Source: Planctomycetota bacterium (GTDB lineage Bacteria > Planctomycetota > UBA8108 > SXIK01). Taken from it: 64,000 nucleotides of DNA. Positions 39,101 to 49,177 of this stretch are shown here, piece after piece. The stretch covers positions 1,600,001-1,664,000 of the forward strand of contig OZ244999.1 of NCBI GenBank assembly GCA_965223265.1, read 5' to 3'. The position numbers and the translations under genes are program-made. Every line of letters starts with the position of its first letter. Positions within the stretch are counted from its first letter, which is position 1. Under the pieces are notes generated by a model, which ran no database searches, had not been told where the DNA came from, and saw nothing but the letters and a program-made list of their open reading frames with translations.

Positions 39101-40015
39101 AGGGCGCTGGTCGAACGTGCTTTCCGTAGATCCGACGAAAAGCTCAACGTCCCCCGGAATGGTGACCACGACGAGATCGGAGGCCCCGTCCTTGTTGACG
39201 TCCGTCGCGGTCAGGCCGTAAATCCTCGGCACTTCGATATCTACCGGGGCTCGAAATACTGTATCGCGATCTCCGAAAAGGACGGTCACGTTGTTGCTGC
39301 TAGCTACCGCGACGTCCATGAGTCCATCGCCGTTAAAATCGGCCACCGCCATGTCCATTGGATGACTGCTGATGGAAAAACTCTCCGCTGCCGAAAACGT
39401 TCCTTCGCCCATACCGTCGAGCACGCTGATGCTGGCAGAGTCTGAATTGCCGACCACGAGATCAACAACGGAATCACGATTCATGTCGACGGCGATGACT
39501 TGATTCGGTTCCTCTTGCACCGGGTAATTCGTCGGAGGCTGAAACGTGCCATCGCCGTTGCCGAGCATCACCGTGACGTTGTTCGATCGTGTTTCTACGG
39601 CCGCCAAGTCCATTGCTCCGTCGGCGTTGAAGTCTTCAGCCACCATGGAAACAAACGCCCCGACGTTGAGTGAATCGACCCACCCTCGGGGTGTGTCGCT
39701 GAACGCTGCGAGATGAACCTCGACATCGCCGCTGAGCACGGCGACCGCAAGGTCGATCACTTGATCCCCATCGAAGTCTGCGGCGACGATTGAGGTCGGT
39801 TGGCGGCGAAGGGCCAAGCGTTCACTCGAGTAGAACGGAAACTGAGGCACGTCGAGGCTGTCGGGGACGTCGTTCCCGTTGCAGTCTCCGCCGATCCCAG
39901 CGACGGCGAGCTCCATGCCTCCGGGAAAAACCGTCCAAAGCGAAAGCATAAGCGCGGTCCGGATGACGGGACCTTGCATACTCTGGCAACATACGACGAA
40001 CACGTTCCGTTCCAC
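36134..40015 (-). CDS. Secreted FG-GAP/VCBS repeat protein with DCNxNxxPD repeats and C-terminal dockerin-like domain
   Basis: Many D[F/V]xxDGxxD repeats; DCNGNHTPDECD; PGDCDQNAGLDVSDPICL. Confidence 0.9.
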   Translation of the reverse strand: MERNVFVVCCQSMQGPVIRTALMLSLWTVFPGGMELAVAGIGGDCNGNDVPDSLDVPQFPFYSSERLALRRQPTSIVAADFDGDQVIDLAVAVLSGDVEVHLAAFSDTPRGWVDSLNVGAFVSMVAEDFNADGAMDLAAVETRSNNVTVMLGNGDGTFQPPTNYPVQEEPNQVIAVDMNRDSVVDLVVGNSDSASISVLDGMGEGTFSAAESFSISSHPMDMAVADFNGDGLMDVAVASSNNVTVLFGDRDTVFRAPVDIEVPRIYGLTATDVNKDGASDLVVVTIPGDVELFVGSTESTFDQRPLLNVGGNPDKVVPIDIDGDDRVDFAISDRVTQQFILIQGAEDETFREYVRLPVGRFALGVVVKDVDGDGWADFIVAARDSEDVTLYRGKDRGSFHDARSFPGGYEPNSLTVADIDLDGDLDALMTDSEDGLTLVKQESSGDFPEATIVRTAISNVRWAALGRFDSDEWPDIAVVYPNEARVDILLSLAGEGFSDPSTVEVDEPHFAIVAENFDGNDVDDLAILNHSGITTLLASGGGDFMSTQQIPLGDRQVALAAADLNDDGFVDLLTAESEDQNALFLFALLGRGNGEFDSALISPMRFSVQSLTVGDVNDDGRLDVIATSFEENAVTVALGEGDGRFALGQSLTTADRPRLSAIADVDQDGWVDIATVNQTARSVSLFTGAGDGTFRSLGELSTQGRPVGLFVSDINDNGGPELLTVSASGRLQLFVNRSSEPSSRDCNGNHTPDECDVTTGNSLDADRNGIPDECEVVATIRNDCNVNGFDDQAEILAGESEDCDTNGVPDECNFSDRRFAFRQRDFPVGDDPLKLAAGDFNGDGFDDVVTLNDDSHDLTVLLSDGVDRLRFSQTVPTAQKPSGIAMGDFNLDGAIDLAVTHPSTAVSGHFGSGNGRFGSRRSLASDRVISLNIAAADLNDDGRVDLIVGENVLLGVGDGSFREGIRYRSSQTTAFVAADFDGDDLLDLVSTERDADEIRLWPGLGDGTFGVPRIFGPISTPRHLFATDFNRDGILDVAVSRGSSGSRTAILLGHSDGGFLPPRGFADGAGSARPAVGADGDGDGHTDIFVVSLESNLVEAMLGDGSGRFAPPVPFGVGAEPTWIVQLDVNGDGYPEIATSNRSDTVSLLINESAPFVKADCNDNGAPDACDIGAGDSTDVNTNEIPDDCEGGLRVPGDCDQNAGLDVSDPICLFLHLFGGNPRPLPCGDGSVDAAGNIALLDHDSNSELDLADGVGLLLFLFTDAGESHPLSLPGAPLSCVPVPECDDNAACQ

Positions 40016-40116
40016 AGGAGACCCTCCCTCAACAGGATTTGTAACTGGGACTCATTATATAGCGGACGCGACTCGCAGCGAGATCTGTCTGCGGGATGAG
40101 CGCTCGCGCGTCGTTC

Positions 40117-41145
40117 TCATGGAGGGCCAGGGGGCGAGTGATCACCACAACCAGTGCCGACTCGTCGTCCCGCCGCCGTCAGGGCGCGCATCAAGTCGGC
40201 GACGCGGCCAGCGTCGATCCCACGCCGACGTTCGCCGTCTGCGCAGGCGGCCCCACGGACGGCGAGGACGTCCGCTCCCAGCTCAACCATTGGCGCTACG
40301 TCCTGTCGTCGTAGCGATCCTGCGAGGGCCACCGCGACGCCATTCGCGTGAGCATGTGCGATGAGGCAACTCAGCTCACGAGTGGTCAAAAAGTCTCGTA
40401 GCGAACCCGTCCCTTTGACGAACGTGTCGATCAAGAAGAACGGTAGCCGACGGCGCACGGCGAAATCGAGAACCTGCTGCGGTGCTGGCGCTTTCGCGGC
40501 TGCGTGGTCGGCGTAGGCTACCGCGACGAGGTTTGCCCCGGAGCCGGCGATGCGTTGATACCATGCGTCGAGACAGGCCATCCACGAGTTCGTCGCGTTG
40601 CACGACGAAAGTCCCAGTTTGTAAAGAGCGACGCCAGCGACTGGAAGGAAGGCCTCGGGCGTTTCACACTCGAGCAGCTCACCGAGAGCCGCAGTCACCA
40701 CGACGCGCCGCGACGATCGGATGGTGTCTCCGTTCTCTATGGTCAGTGCTTTGATGACTTCGGCTTGGACGGCTGACGACGCACGACCGAGAGAGCCATT
40801 TGCAGGTTCTTTGATGTCGACGATCGCAGCACCGCCGTTGAGCGCGATCCGTGCCTCCGCGGCATCTCTGACACTGACGAGCAGTCGAGGCGAAACTCCT
40901 GCGTCGGCTGTCGCTCCACGTCGTCCGTTGCACTCGTTCGCAGGCCCATTGGTTCCGCTCTGCAGTGCCGACTGCTTCGCGCTGCGTTCGCGATTGCGGG
41001 CAAATACGCCGCCATCGGAGGGTTGCTGTGATCGCCTCTCTCTCGGTGCCCCCAGATTATCGTCCTGCCGTTCGGGCGCGCGTCGGAAACGACGCGGATT
41101 CGCCGTCTCAGACGTTGGATGGAGTCGATCGCCATCAGGTATCAT
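40117..41145 (-). CDS. mfnB: (5-formylfuran-3-yl)methyl phosphate synthase (MfnB/Orf22, methanofuran biosynthesis); start uncertain
   Basis: RLLVSVRDAAEA..A..GGA.IVDIKEP..GSLG, VAVAYAD, LIDT..K, ALAGSL, AVRGAAC. Confidence 0.85.
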   Translation of the reverse strand: MIPDGDRLHPTSETANPRRFRRAPERQDDNLGAPRERRSQQPSDGGVFARNRERSAKQSALQSGTNGPANECNGRRGATADAGVSPRLLVSVRDAAEARIALNGGAAIVDIKEPANGSLGRASSAVQAEVIKALTIENGDTIRSSRRVVVTAALGELLECETPEAFLPVAGVALYKLGLSSCNATNSWMACLDAWYQRIAGSGANLVAVAYADHAAAKAPAPQQVLDFAVRRRLPFFLIDTFVKGTGSLRDFLTTRELSCLIAHAHANGVAVALAGSLRRQDVAPMVELGADVLAVRGAACADGERRRGIDAGRVADLMRALTAAGRRVGTGCGDHSPPGPP

Positions 41146-41177
41146 GAACGTCATTCGAAGTGAGAAGACCAAACATC

Positions 41178-43412
41178 ATGCGACCACGGAAACCCCTCAT
41201 TCTACTTGCCGCGCTGCTGTCGACAAGCGCGGTCCCGCCGATCCAGGCCGGCGAGGCGACCGGGTCTGATTGGGCGTTCACAGCGCCGACTCGAAGTGAA
41301 CCGCCGGTTCGCGCTGAGCTGAAACACGCAGAGCGTGTCCTTAGTCCGATCGATCAGTTCGTGCTCCGGCGTCTCGAGGACGAGGAGCTCGAGCCTGCCC
41401 CGCCCGCCGATCGTGTCACTCTCGTGCGCCGCGCTTACTTCGACTTGCTGGGGCTGCCTCCGACCCCGGAGCAGGTCGAAAGCTTCGTCGCTGACAGCTC
41501 AGAGGCGGCTTGGTCGCAGCTGATCGACACGCTGCTCGAGTCAAAACACTACGGCGAGCGTTGGGCTCGGCATTGGCTCGACGTCGCGCGCTATGCCGAT
41601 AGTGGCGGCTACGAGACGGATATCTATTACCGCAACGCATGGCGTTACCGAGACTACGTCGTCAAGAGCTTCAACGACGACAAGCCCTATGACATCTTCG
41701 TTCAAGAACAAATCGCCGGCGACGAGTTGTGGCCCGACAACCTCGATCTCGACCCGCGCCGCGTCTACGTCGTCTCTGACAAGAAGCGACGCCATCTCGA
41801 GGCACGCATTGCCACCGGGTTCTATGCGCTCGGCCCGCGCGTCCACGAGTCTGGACTCGACGCCAAGCGGTTCGCCTACGAGACGAGAACCGACTGGATC
41901 GACACGACCGCATCGGCGTTCATGGGCCTGACACTCGCTTGCTCACGCTGCCACGATCACAAGTTTGACCCTTTCACGCAGCAGGACTACTTTTCACTGC
42001 ATGCGGTTTTTGCGAGCGCACGCGAGGTGGATCTGCCGCTCTGGACAGCGATGGAAGAGGCCGACTGGCGCCAATCGTTTCCCAAAATCGTCGCCGTTGA
42101 TGAGGCACGCAAGACTTACGAACGGTTCGTGGCGCAGATCGGCGAGAAGCCGACACCCCAGCAGGAAAAGCGCAAACAAGAGCTTCTCGCCGCTGTTGGC
42201 CAAGCGGTACTGAACCTGCCGCAGCGCGCCGCTGGGCAGGCTGCGGTCGAGTATGAAGGCTTGATGCACATTCCGACCGCGAGCGTTCTCGGTCGCGTTC
42301 ATCCCGCACTCATGGACCCGGTGCATGTGCTCGTTCGCGGCGAGTTGAACAAGCCCAAGGAGCGCGTCGAACCGGCGTTACCGCTTCAGCTGGCGAAGGC
42401 GACAGGAGTCGATCCAGCGCTCGGTTCGCCATTCTCGAGCCGCAAGGACTTCGCGCTGTGGCTGACGCGGCCCGACCACCCGCTCACCGCGCGCGTCATG
42501 GTGAATCGCATTTGGCAGTGGCATTTCGGTCGCGGCATCGTCGAGACGCCGAACGACTTCGGTGCGATGGGGCAGCCGCCATCGCATCCAGAGCTTCTCG
42601 ATTGGCTGGCTACCGAGTTCGTGGCGAGTGGCTGGAAGGTGAAGGCGCTTCATCGGCTGATCATGGACTCCGCGACCTACCGCCAAAGTAGCCGCGTCGG
42701 CGATGCACGTCACCTTGACGTCGACCCCGACAACAATCTGCTCTGGCGCATGAACCGCCGCCGGCTTGAGGGCGAAGCGCTGTGGGACTCCGTCCACGCC
42801 GCCGCGGGCACTCTGAACTTGAGCATGGGCGGGCGCCCCATCGTGCCGCCGCTCGCTGACGACGAAATCGCATCCCTGCGCGACAAGTGGCACTGGGTCG
42901 TTACCAGCGACCCGAAACAGCACACCCGGCGAGGCCTCTATATCATCGTCAGGCGCAACTTTAAGTTTCCGATGTTTGAAGTCTTCGACGCGCCGGTGAC
43001 GTCGGCCAGTTGCCCGACGCGCGACGTGACGACCGTGGCGCCGCAGGCTTTGTGGGGGCTCAACAATCGCTCCGTTTTGCGTCAGGCAATGCACTTCGCC
43101 GCTCGCGTGGCCAAAGAAGCCACACCGACCAGTGTTGTCACTGGGACAGCGGCTGCCGGCGCCGCTGGGGCGACTGAAGATCATGTCCGCGGTGCTCAGG
43201 TCGATCGAGCTTGGCGCATCGCTCTCGGGCGAGCGCCCACGGGTGAGGAAGTCAGCTCGTCCCTGCGGCTGCTCACGCAACTCGAAGCGGAGAACGCCCC
43301 GCTAGACGATCCACCCGCAGAACTCGCGGCGCTACCGCCGGAGCGCGCACAAGCGCTGTCGAAATTCTGCCTGGCGCTCTTCAATCTCTCCGAGTTTGCT
43401 TTTGTCGACTGA
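41178..43412 (+). CDS. DUF1549/DUF1553 (PSD1) planctomycete protein
   Basis: RRAYFDLLGLPPT, YGERWARHWLDVARYADS, CSRCHDHKFDP, PSHPELLDWLA. Confidence 0.93.
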   Translation: MRPRKPLILLAALLSTSAVPPIQAGEATGSDWAFTAPTRSEPPVRAELKHAERVLSPIDQFVLRRLEDEELEPAPPADRVTLVRRAYFDLLGLPPTPEQVESFVADSSEAAWSQLIDTLLESKHYGERWARHWLDVARYADSGGYETDIYYRNAWRYRDYVVKSFNDDKPYDIFVQEQIAGDELWPDNLDLDPRRVYVVSDKKRRHLEARIATGFYALGPRVHESGLDAKRFAYETRTDWIDTTASAFMGLTLACSRCHDHKFDPFTQQDYFSLHAVFASAREVDLPLWTAMEEADWRQSFPKIVAVDEARKTYERFVAQIGEKPTPQQEKRKQELLAAVGQAVLNLPQRAAGQAAVEYEGLMHIPTASVLGRVHPALMDPVHVLVRGELNKPKERVEPALPLQLAKATGVDPALGSPFSSRKDFALWLTRPDHPLTARVMVNRIWQWHFGRGIVETPNDFGAMGQPPSHPELLDWLATEFVASGWKVKALHRLIMDSATYRQSSRVGDARHLDVDPDNNLLWRMNRRRLEGEALWDSVHAAAGTLNLSMGGRPIVPPLADDEIASLRDKWHWVVTSDPKQHTRRGLYIIVRRNFKFPMFEVFDAPVTSASCPTRDVTTVAPQALWGLNNRSVLRQAMHFAARVAKEATPTSVVTGTAAAGAAGATEDHVRGAQVDRAWRIALGRAPTGEEVSSSLRLLTQLEAENAPLDDPPAELAALPPERAQALSKFCLALFNLSEFAFVD

Positions 43413-43420
43413 ATCACAAG

Positions 43421-44896
43421 ATGCGACGAGACTTTGGGAAAATGAACGAAACGCAGACGATCCAAGAGAACGAATCGAGTCGCCATAGCGTTCGTCCCGC
43501 GGGACTGCTCGGTAGACGCGATGTTCTTCGCACTGCGAGCCTCGGGTTCGGCTCATTGGCTCTCGGCGATCTTCTGACGCGGCAGACCCAGGCGGCGACG
43601 CTGAACCCTCTCGCGCCTCGCGAGCCGCATCTTCCTGGGACTGCGCGCAGCGTGATCTTCCTCTTCATGCAGGGGGGGCCGAGCCAATTGGAGACGTTCG
43701 ACCCAAAGCCGGTCCTGACGAAGTATCACGGGCAGTTGCTCCCGAAAGAACTACAGGATTATGATCTGGCGCAGATCAACACGGCCGACTCGACGATCAT
43801 GGCGCCGCAGTTTGCGTTCGAGCGCCATGGAGAGAGTGGACAGCAGGTCTCGAGCGTTTTTCCTCACCTGGCGAAACACGCTGACAAACTGGCGATTATT
43901 CGCTCGCTCCATCACGAGCTCTTCATTCACGGCTCGGCAATGATCATGGTGCATTCGGGCACACAGCTATTGGGGCATCCGAGCGTTGGCGCTTGGGTGG
44001 TCTACGGGCTTGGGTGTGAGAGCGATAACCTACCAGCCTACGTCGCCATGACGGACAGCGTCTTTCGCAACGGCGCGTCGATGTACACATCAGGGTTCTT
44101 GCCGGCGATCTATCAAGGCACCGACATGCGGATCGAGGGCGTGCCGATTCAGAACCTTGTGCGCCCCTCGAGCATCGGCGCGCAGGAGCAGCGGCTTCTG
44201 CTCGATCAGATCGTCGAGTGGAATCGCCAGCACCGAGAGTCACGACCAGGGGATAGTCGCCTGGACGCGCGGATCGCAAACTACGAGCTCGCGTTCCGTA
44301 TGCAGACGGCGGCTCCGGAGATGATGGATCTGTCGCAGGAGTCGGCCGCGACGCGGTCGCTCTACGGCATCGACGACGCTACGTCTGAACGCTTTGGTAA
44401 GATGTGCCTGATGTCGCGCCGCATGGTCGAGCGTGGGGTGCGCTACGTACACTTGATTTCGGGCGGTTGGGATGCGCATGGCAACTGCAAGGGTAACCAT
44501 CAAAACCAAGCGAAGAAAGTCGACCAACCCATCGCCGGCCTCATCACGGATCTGGCACGGCGCGGCCTACTCGACAGCACGCTACTGGTGTGGGTCGGTG
44601 AATTCGGCCGCACACCCATCCGGCAAGGGTCGAACGGACGCGACCACCATCCGTACGGCTTCAGCGGTTGGCTCGCCGGTGGGGGAGTCGTCGGTGGTAA
44701 AACGATCGGGGCGACCGACGACTTCGGTTTCGAGGCAGTCGAAGACAAAGTCCACGTCAACGACCTGCACGCGACGATGCTAGGGCTGCTGGGCATCGAC
44801 CATGAGCGGCTCACGTACCTCTTCGAAGGCCGAGAACGTCGCTTGACCGACGTCGGGGGGCACAACAACTTGGCTCCTCGACTTGTCCGGGCGTGA
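43421..44896 (+). CDS. DUF1501 domain protein (Tat-type signal)
   Basis: GRRDVL signal, FLFMQGGPSQLETFDPKP, EFGRTP, GRDHHP. Confidence 0.92.
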   Translation: MRRDFGKMNETQTIQENESSRHSVRPAGLLGRRDVLRTASLGFGSLALGDLLTRQTQAATLNPLAPREPHLPGTARSVIFLFMQGGPSQLETFDPKPVLTKYHGQLLPKELQDYDLAQINTADSTIMAPQFAFERHGESGQQVSSVFPHLAKHADKLAIIRSLHHELFIHGSAMIMVHSGTQLLGHPSVGAWVVYGLGCESDNLPAYVAMTDSVFRNGASMYTSGFLPAIYQGTDMRIEGVPIQNLVRPSSIGAQEQRLLLDQIVEWNRQHRESRPGDSRLDARIANYELAFRMQTAAPEMMDLSQESAATRSLYGIDDATSERFGKMCLMSRRMVERGVRYVHLISGGWDAHGNCKGNHQNQAKKVDQPIAGLITDLARRGLLDSTLLVWVGEFGRTPIRQGSNGRDHHPYGFSGWLAGGGVVGGKTIGATDDFGFEAVEDKVHVNDLHATMLGLLGIDHERLTYLFEGRERRLTDVGGHNNLAPRLVRA

Positions 44897-44942
44897 GAGG
44901 CTGCGCTCTCGCGACCCTTCTCCTTAAGGACCTGCGACGACT

Positions 44943-46943
44943 ATGTACACCGTGCTCGCGTTCCTGATCTCGTTGATGGTGGCGACAACCTCAGAGGCGT
45001 CGCCCGTCTTGATCATTCCACCGGTCCACATTGGCGATGCCGACCCGGCGACAGAGGGTTTTACGGTCGGCGATGGATTGCCCTTCGAAGGTGCACCGGT
45101 GGATGGTGCGTGGCGTGTCGACTTCGTTGGGGTCGAGCGCTACAAGATCCATCTCGCTACCATGCCGAAGACGTGGACCATGACTGTCCGCGGAGCCGTG
45201 GAGCATGCGAGGAACCACGGTATCGGGGTCGCGGTCTCTCTCCCAGGACGCAAGGCCGTGACGATCCGGTGGATCGGTACGACTCAGCTCACCGACATGG
45301 AGACGAAGGTCGCGCTCGGCGCTGAGCAGGTGCACACGTATCAGATCGCCTACGACGGCGAGCACGCCAGTCTCTGGATCGACGGTGAGCGCGCGATCGA
45401 ACGCATGGCGGTGAGGCGTGCCGATGCGATCGGTGCTGACAATATCAAAGGCTTCTGGATTGGCAGTTTCACGGGACCCGGTACGAGCCGTTCCTCCTGG
45501 AGTCTTTGGAAGTTCGACGAGGGCGTGCGGATCATCGAGAGAAAGTCGCCTGCGCCAGAAGGCGCTGCTCAAGAGGTGCGTGCGCTCGGCTCGCGCCTCG
45601 AGCTCTTTGTCGACGATTGGCTGATCGAGCGCATGACGCCGGCAGTCCGCTTGAAGCTACACCGACCGCAGCCCCTGGAGACGGTGCTGCGTTTCGACAA
45701 GCCGTGGGAGGGGCGGTGGTCTGGATACGTCACAATCGTGACCGACGACGATCGCTACCGCATGTACTATCGAGCTGGACTCCACGAGCCGCCGCGGATC
45801 GAGGATCCCGAGTCGGTCTGTTATGCCGAGAGTCGAGACGGCCTCAAATGGACCAAGCCCGAGCTTGGCCTCTACGAGTTCGAAGGCACGAAGGCGACGA
45901 ACATCGTCTGGCGCGGCGTCGGTTCGCACTGCGGTTTCGGCGTTTTCAAGGACACGAATCCCAACGCCAAACCGAACGAACGCTACAAGGTGCTTTCAAG
46001 TAACGGCTACCAGAAACCGTGCTGGGCTTTTGGGTCGCCGGACGGCATTCGCTGGCATTTGATCCAGGAAGACCCAGTGATCACCGAGTATCGCGGCGTC
46101 GCTGCGGCCTATGACAGCCACTTCTGTACGCGCTGGGACCCCGCAACGCAGCTCTACGTCACCTACCATCGCATCTGGTACCGACCCTTCGAGCCGAAAG
46201 TGCGCTCCGTTGCCATGCGCACGTCGAAGGACTTCATCCACTGGAGCCCACTGCGCCGGATCGACTTTGGCGAGACGGTTCCCGAGCACATCTACACGAG
46301 TGGGATTTCGCCTTATCCTCGGGCACCACACATCTTGCTGGGGTTCCCGCGGCGCTTCTGGCCATCGCGTAAGCGTTACCCGGACGAAGATCTGCTCCCT
46401 GGCGTCTCCGACACCTGTTTCATTTCGAGTCGCGACGGCATTCACTTCGACCGTCGGTTCATGGAATCGTGGATTCGTCCGGGACGCGAGCGGCTGGCGT
46501 GGCTAAGTCGAAGCAACACGGTTGCTCCCGGTATGATTCAAACGAGCGTGGACGAGATCTCTCTTTTCGTCTCGCACGGTTGGGCGGATCCGTCGCAGCA
46601 CGTGCGGCGTTATGGGATCCGCACCGACGGGTTCGTCTCGGTCCATGCCGCATATGGCGTTGGCGAGCTGCTCACGAAGCCGCTGACGTTTGCCGGGCGC
46701 GAGCTGGTGATCAACTGCGCCACCTCCGCTGCAGGAAGCGTGCGCGTGGAAGTGCAGGGCCCGGACGGTCAGCCGATGCCCGGGTTCGCGTTGGCGGACT
46801 GCTCGGAGTTCTTCGGCGACGAGATCGAGCACACGGTCACGTGGCAAGGCGGCCCCGACGTCAGTGCGTTCGCCGGCCAGGCGGTGCGGCTGCGGTTCGT
46901 CATGAAGGACGCGGATCTTTACTCGCTGCGATTTCGGCCTTGA
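44943..46943 (+). CDS. Secreted protein with five-bladed beta-propeller glycoside hydrolase-like domain
   Basis: Signal peptide; ELFVDDWLIE, YAESRDG..WTKP, SRDGIHF, R.DGFVS, ADLYSLRF. Confidence 0.75.
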   Translation: MYTVLAFLISLMVATTSEASPVLIIPPVHIGDADPATEGFTVGDGLPFEGAPVDGAWRVDFVGVERYKIHLATMPKTWTMTVRGAVEHARNHGIGVAVSLPGRKAVTIRWIGTTQLTDMETKVALGAEQVHTYQIAYDGEHASLWIDGERAIERMAVRRADAIGADNIKGFWIGSFTGPGTSRSSWSLWKFDEGVRIIERKSPAPEGAAQEVRALGSRLELFVDDWLIERMTPAVRLKLHRPQPLETVLRFDKPWEGRWSGYVTIVTDDDRYRMYYRAGLHEPPRIEDPESVCYAESRDGLKWTKPELGLYEFEGTKATNIVWRGVGSHCGFGVFKDTNPNAKPNERYKVLSSNGYQKPCWAFGSPDGIRWHLIQEDPVITEYRGVAAAYDSHFCTRWDPATQLYVTYHRIWYRPFEPKVRSVAMRTSKDFIHWSPLRRIDFGETVPEHIYTSGISPYPRAPHILLGFPRRFWPSRKRYPDEDLLPGVSDTCFISSRDGIHFDRRFMESWIRPGRERLAWLSRSNTVAPGMIQTSVDEISLFVSHGWADPSQHVRRYGIRTDGFVSVHAAYGVGELLTKPLTFAGRELVINCATSAAGSVRVEVQGPDGQPMPGFALADCSEFFGDEIEHTVTWQGGPDVSAFAGQAVRLRFVMKDADLYSLRFRP

Positions 46944-47105
46944 CAGTCTGTTGAAAAGTGCGTCGAGTCGAAAGCTGGTCGCTTCACGCCCAGATCGGCC
47001 GCGGCGAACGTAGGTAATCTCCGAGATTGTCATCGAGGCTCGCCGCGGTCGATCTGGGCGTGAAGAGGCTAGTTTCTCGGCCGAATGACTTTTTCAACGG
47101 GCTGT
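46943..47105 (+). mobile_element. MITE copy 2 (more diverged)
   Basis: ACAGTCTGTTGAAAA ... TTTTTCAACGGGCTGT, starting on the TGA of the upstream gene. Confidence 0.85.
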
Positions 47106-47137
47106 TGCGCGTCGGGAAGCGTATCGCCCACCCATCG

Positions 47138-49024
47138 CTAGTCTTCCTCATCTAACTGCGTCAGCCGTGGCTCCGCGGGTCGAATCGTGCTCGCGCTTCC
47201 GGAAGAGGGAGCAGCGCCGACGCCATAGACTGTCAGTCCGGTCGTAGGGTGCTCCCACAGCGGCGTTTGTCCTGGCAACACGTTGGCGCCGCGGGCGGCG
47301 AGCAAAACGACTGGGTACGGCACCTCGGAGGGTTCCACGTGACGCAAGAAGAGTCGCGCGGCCAGGACTCTGCGGTGAGCCAGCCGCCACAACTCCGAAC
47401 TCGGGAGCGGGGTGTTGAGAGAGGTGCGGCCGGCCAAGTACGGCGCGTGGATCTTCTCATCGAGGACGATCGCGTCAGGAGCGGTGTTAGCGCGGATCCA
47501 ACGGTAGGCTTCGACGTAGTCGTCGGCGATGACGCGGTCGAAGTATTGTTTGTAGTGCGGCACGCCAATGAGAGAAGCGAGCAGAATGAGCCCGAGTACA
47601 GCTCCCGTGTTCGCATTGAAAGTGCGCGCGAACGCCGCGAGCGCGACGCCGGCGAAAACTGCAAGGAACGGCAACGCGTCCGTCAAAAAGCGCCCAGGAG
47701 TCAGCGGTGCAATGTCTTTACCCAGGTAACGCACACTCGCCCAGCGGCCGCCGTACTCGAAGAGAAGAAATGCGACGACGAGCACCGCGCTTGAGAGCGT
47801 CGCAACGTTGACTCGGTTCGCGCAGAGCCGGGGAGACCGTGCGAGGACACAGGCGCCGAGCATCGCGAGAACGAGAAAGATTGGGCCCACAGCCGCCGCG
47901 AGTTTCCAGGCTGTGTAAGGCGCCTCGCGGTAGACGAGCAGTCCTGTGTCCGCCACCGAGTACGGCCCGAGGATTTTCGGTGCGAGCGTGAGCGTGAGCA
48001 CGAGCGCTGTGATCGTCCCGCTGACAACAAGTGTGCGAGTTGTCTCGCTGTCACGCCGAACAGCCCAGTTGTAGACGAGCAGCGACCCGAGAACGAAGAC
48101 GGAAGCGGTGAGCGCATGATGGTTGAGGAAGCTGATCGCCACCCAATGCACTGGAAGCGTGTATCGGATTCCGCGGGTCGAGCCGACCCGTGCTAATCCC
48201 GTGAGACTACCGAGGAGGACATAAACCGCCATCAGGTTCGGCAGGCCTCCCCACTCGTAGTAGCCGAGACTGCCGTCTCCTGCGAGCAGCGCGTACGCCG
48301 CTGTCGAGAAGAGGGCGACCTCGCGGCGCCCTGTCGTCGTGCTGACGAGAGAGAACACCTGGAGGGCGGTGAGAATCCCAAACGCTGCCATGGCGAGCTT
48401 GAACACGCTGTGCGTGGGAAGCGCCGTGATCTTGCTGAGAGTGGCGAGGAAGAGGTGCGATCCGATCGGGTATTGAATTTGAACGTTCTCGATGGGCGTG
48501 AGACTGTCCACGTGAGTCTGAGCCGCGAGGATCTTGTCGACGATGACCATGTGGAAGTAGGGATCCCAACCACGTGGATACTCGTGAAAAAACGTCGGTG
48601 CGATCCAGACGGCGGCGATGAGGGCGAAGAGCAGGATGATCCAGAAGCGGGAGACGACGATCTGTCGGTGTGGAAGCGGAGGGGGTGACGGCGCTTTCAC
48701 GAGGTCCTCATGCGACACGCTGACAGGCACGCTCCTTCGTCTCCACGGGCGTATGATCCAGTAGAGCGCCGACGCGGCCGCGAGCACCAGCCAAACGCTC
48801 CACCAGAAGTTCAACGATGCGAGCGTCAGAAAAAACAGAGTCGTGATGGCGAGCGCACAGGCAAACGCGATCGCGTTGAGTCGGTTCTCAAGCGTTGGCC
48901 GAGCATTGACCGTCAGGTGCCAAAGCGTGAAACCCGGCAGGCTGAAAAACACTAGACTGCCTGCAAATGAGAGAAGTTCCATAGCTGTGGCTCGCGTGCG
49001 AGGAATCCACGTGGCTGTCCGCAT
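47138..49024 (-). CDS. Polytopic membrane protein, probable GT-C-type glycosyltransferase
   Basis: More than 12 TM segments; GWDPYFH...YPIG loop; C-terminal WIRANT..DAIVL domain. Confidence 0.65.
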   Translation of the reverse strand: MRTATWIPRTRATAMELLSFAGSLVFFSLPGFTLWHLTVNARPTLENRLNAIAFACALAITTLFFLTLASLNFWWSVWLVLAAASALYWIIRPWRRRSVPVSVSHEDLVKAPSPPPLPHRQIVVSRFWIILLFALIAAVWIAPTFFHEYPRGWDPYFHMVIVDKILAAQTHVDSLTPIENVQIQYPIGSHLFLATLSKITALPTHSVFKLAMAAFGILTALQVFSLVSTTTGRREVALFSTAAYALLAGDGSLGYYEWGGLPNLMAVYVLLGSLTGLARVGSTRGIRYTLPVHWVAISFLNHHALTASVFVLGSLLVYNWAVRRDSETTRTLVVSGTITALVLTLTLAPKILGPYSVADTGLLVYREAPYTAWKLAAAVGPIFLVLAMLGACVLARSPRLCANRVNVATLSSAVLVVAFLLFEYGGRWASVRYLGKDIAPLTPGRFLTDALPFLAVFAGVALAAFARTFNANTGAVLGLILLASLIGVPHYKQYFDRVIADDYVEAYRWIRANTAPDAIVLDEKIHAPYLAGRTSLNTPLPSSELWRLAHRRVLAARLFLRHVEPSEVPYPVVLLAARGANVLPGQTPLWEHPTTGLTVYGVGAAPSSGSASTIRPAEPRLTQLDEED

Positions 49025-49177
49025 GGATGCGGCTGAAGCACCAAGGCCGCTTCACGTTACCGGCCGGTCGGAGATGTGCGCCGCGGTTTTCATCTTCGGC
49101 CGTCTATGGCTCTGACTTCAAACAGGCAGAGGAGCGCCGAGTTGTCACGCACTTCATCGAGTCAGAATGCGTGCGAG

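Noticed and set aside
49085-49165. Possible tRNA-Sec (contains GACTTCAAA)
   Set aside because: No consistent anticodon stem, acceptor stem or T-arm could be built
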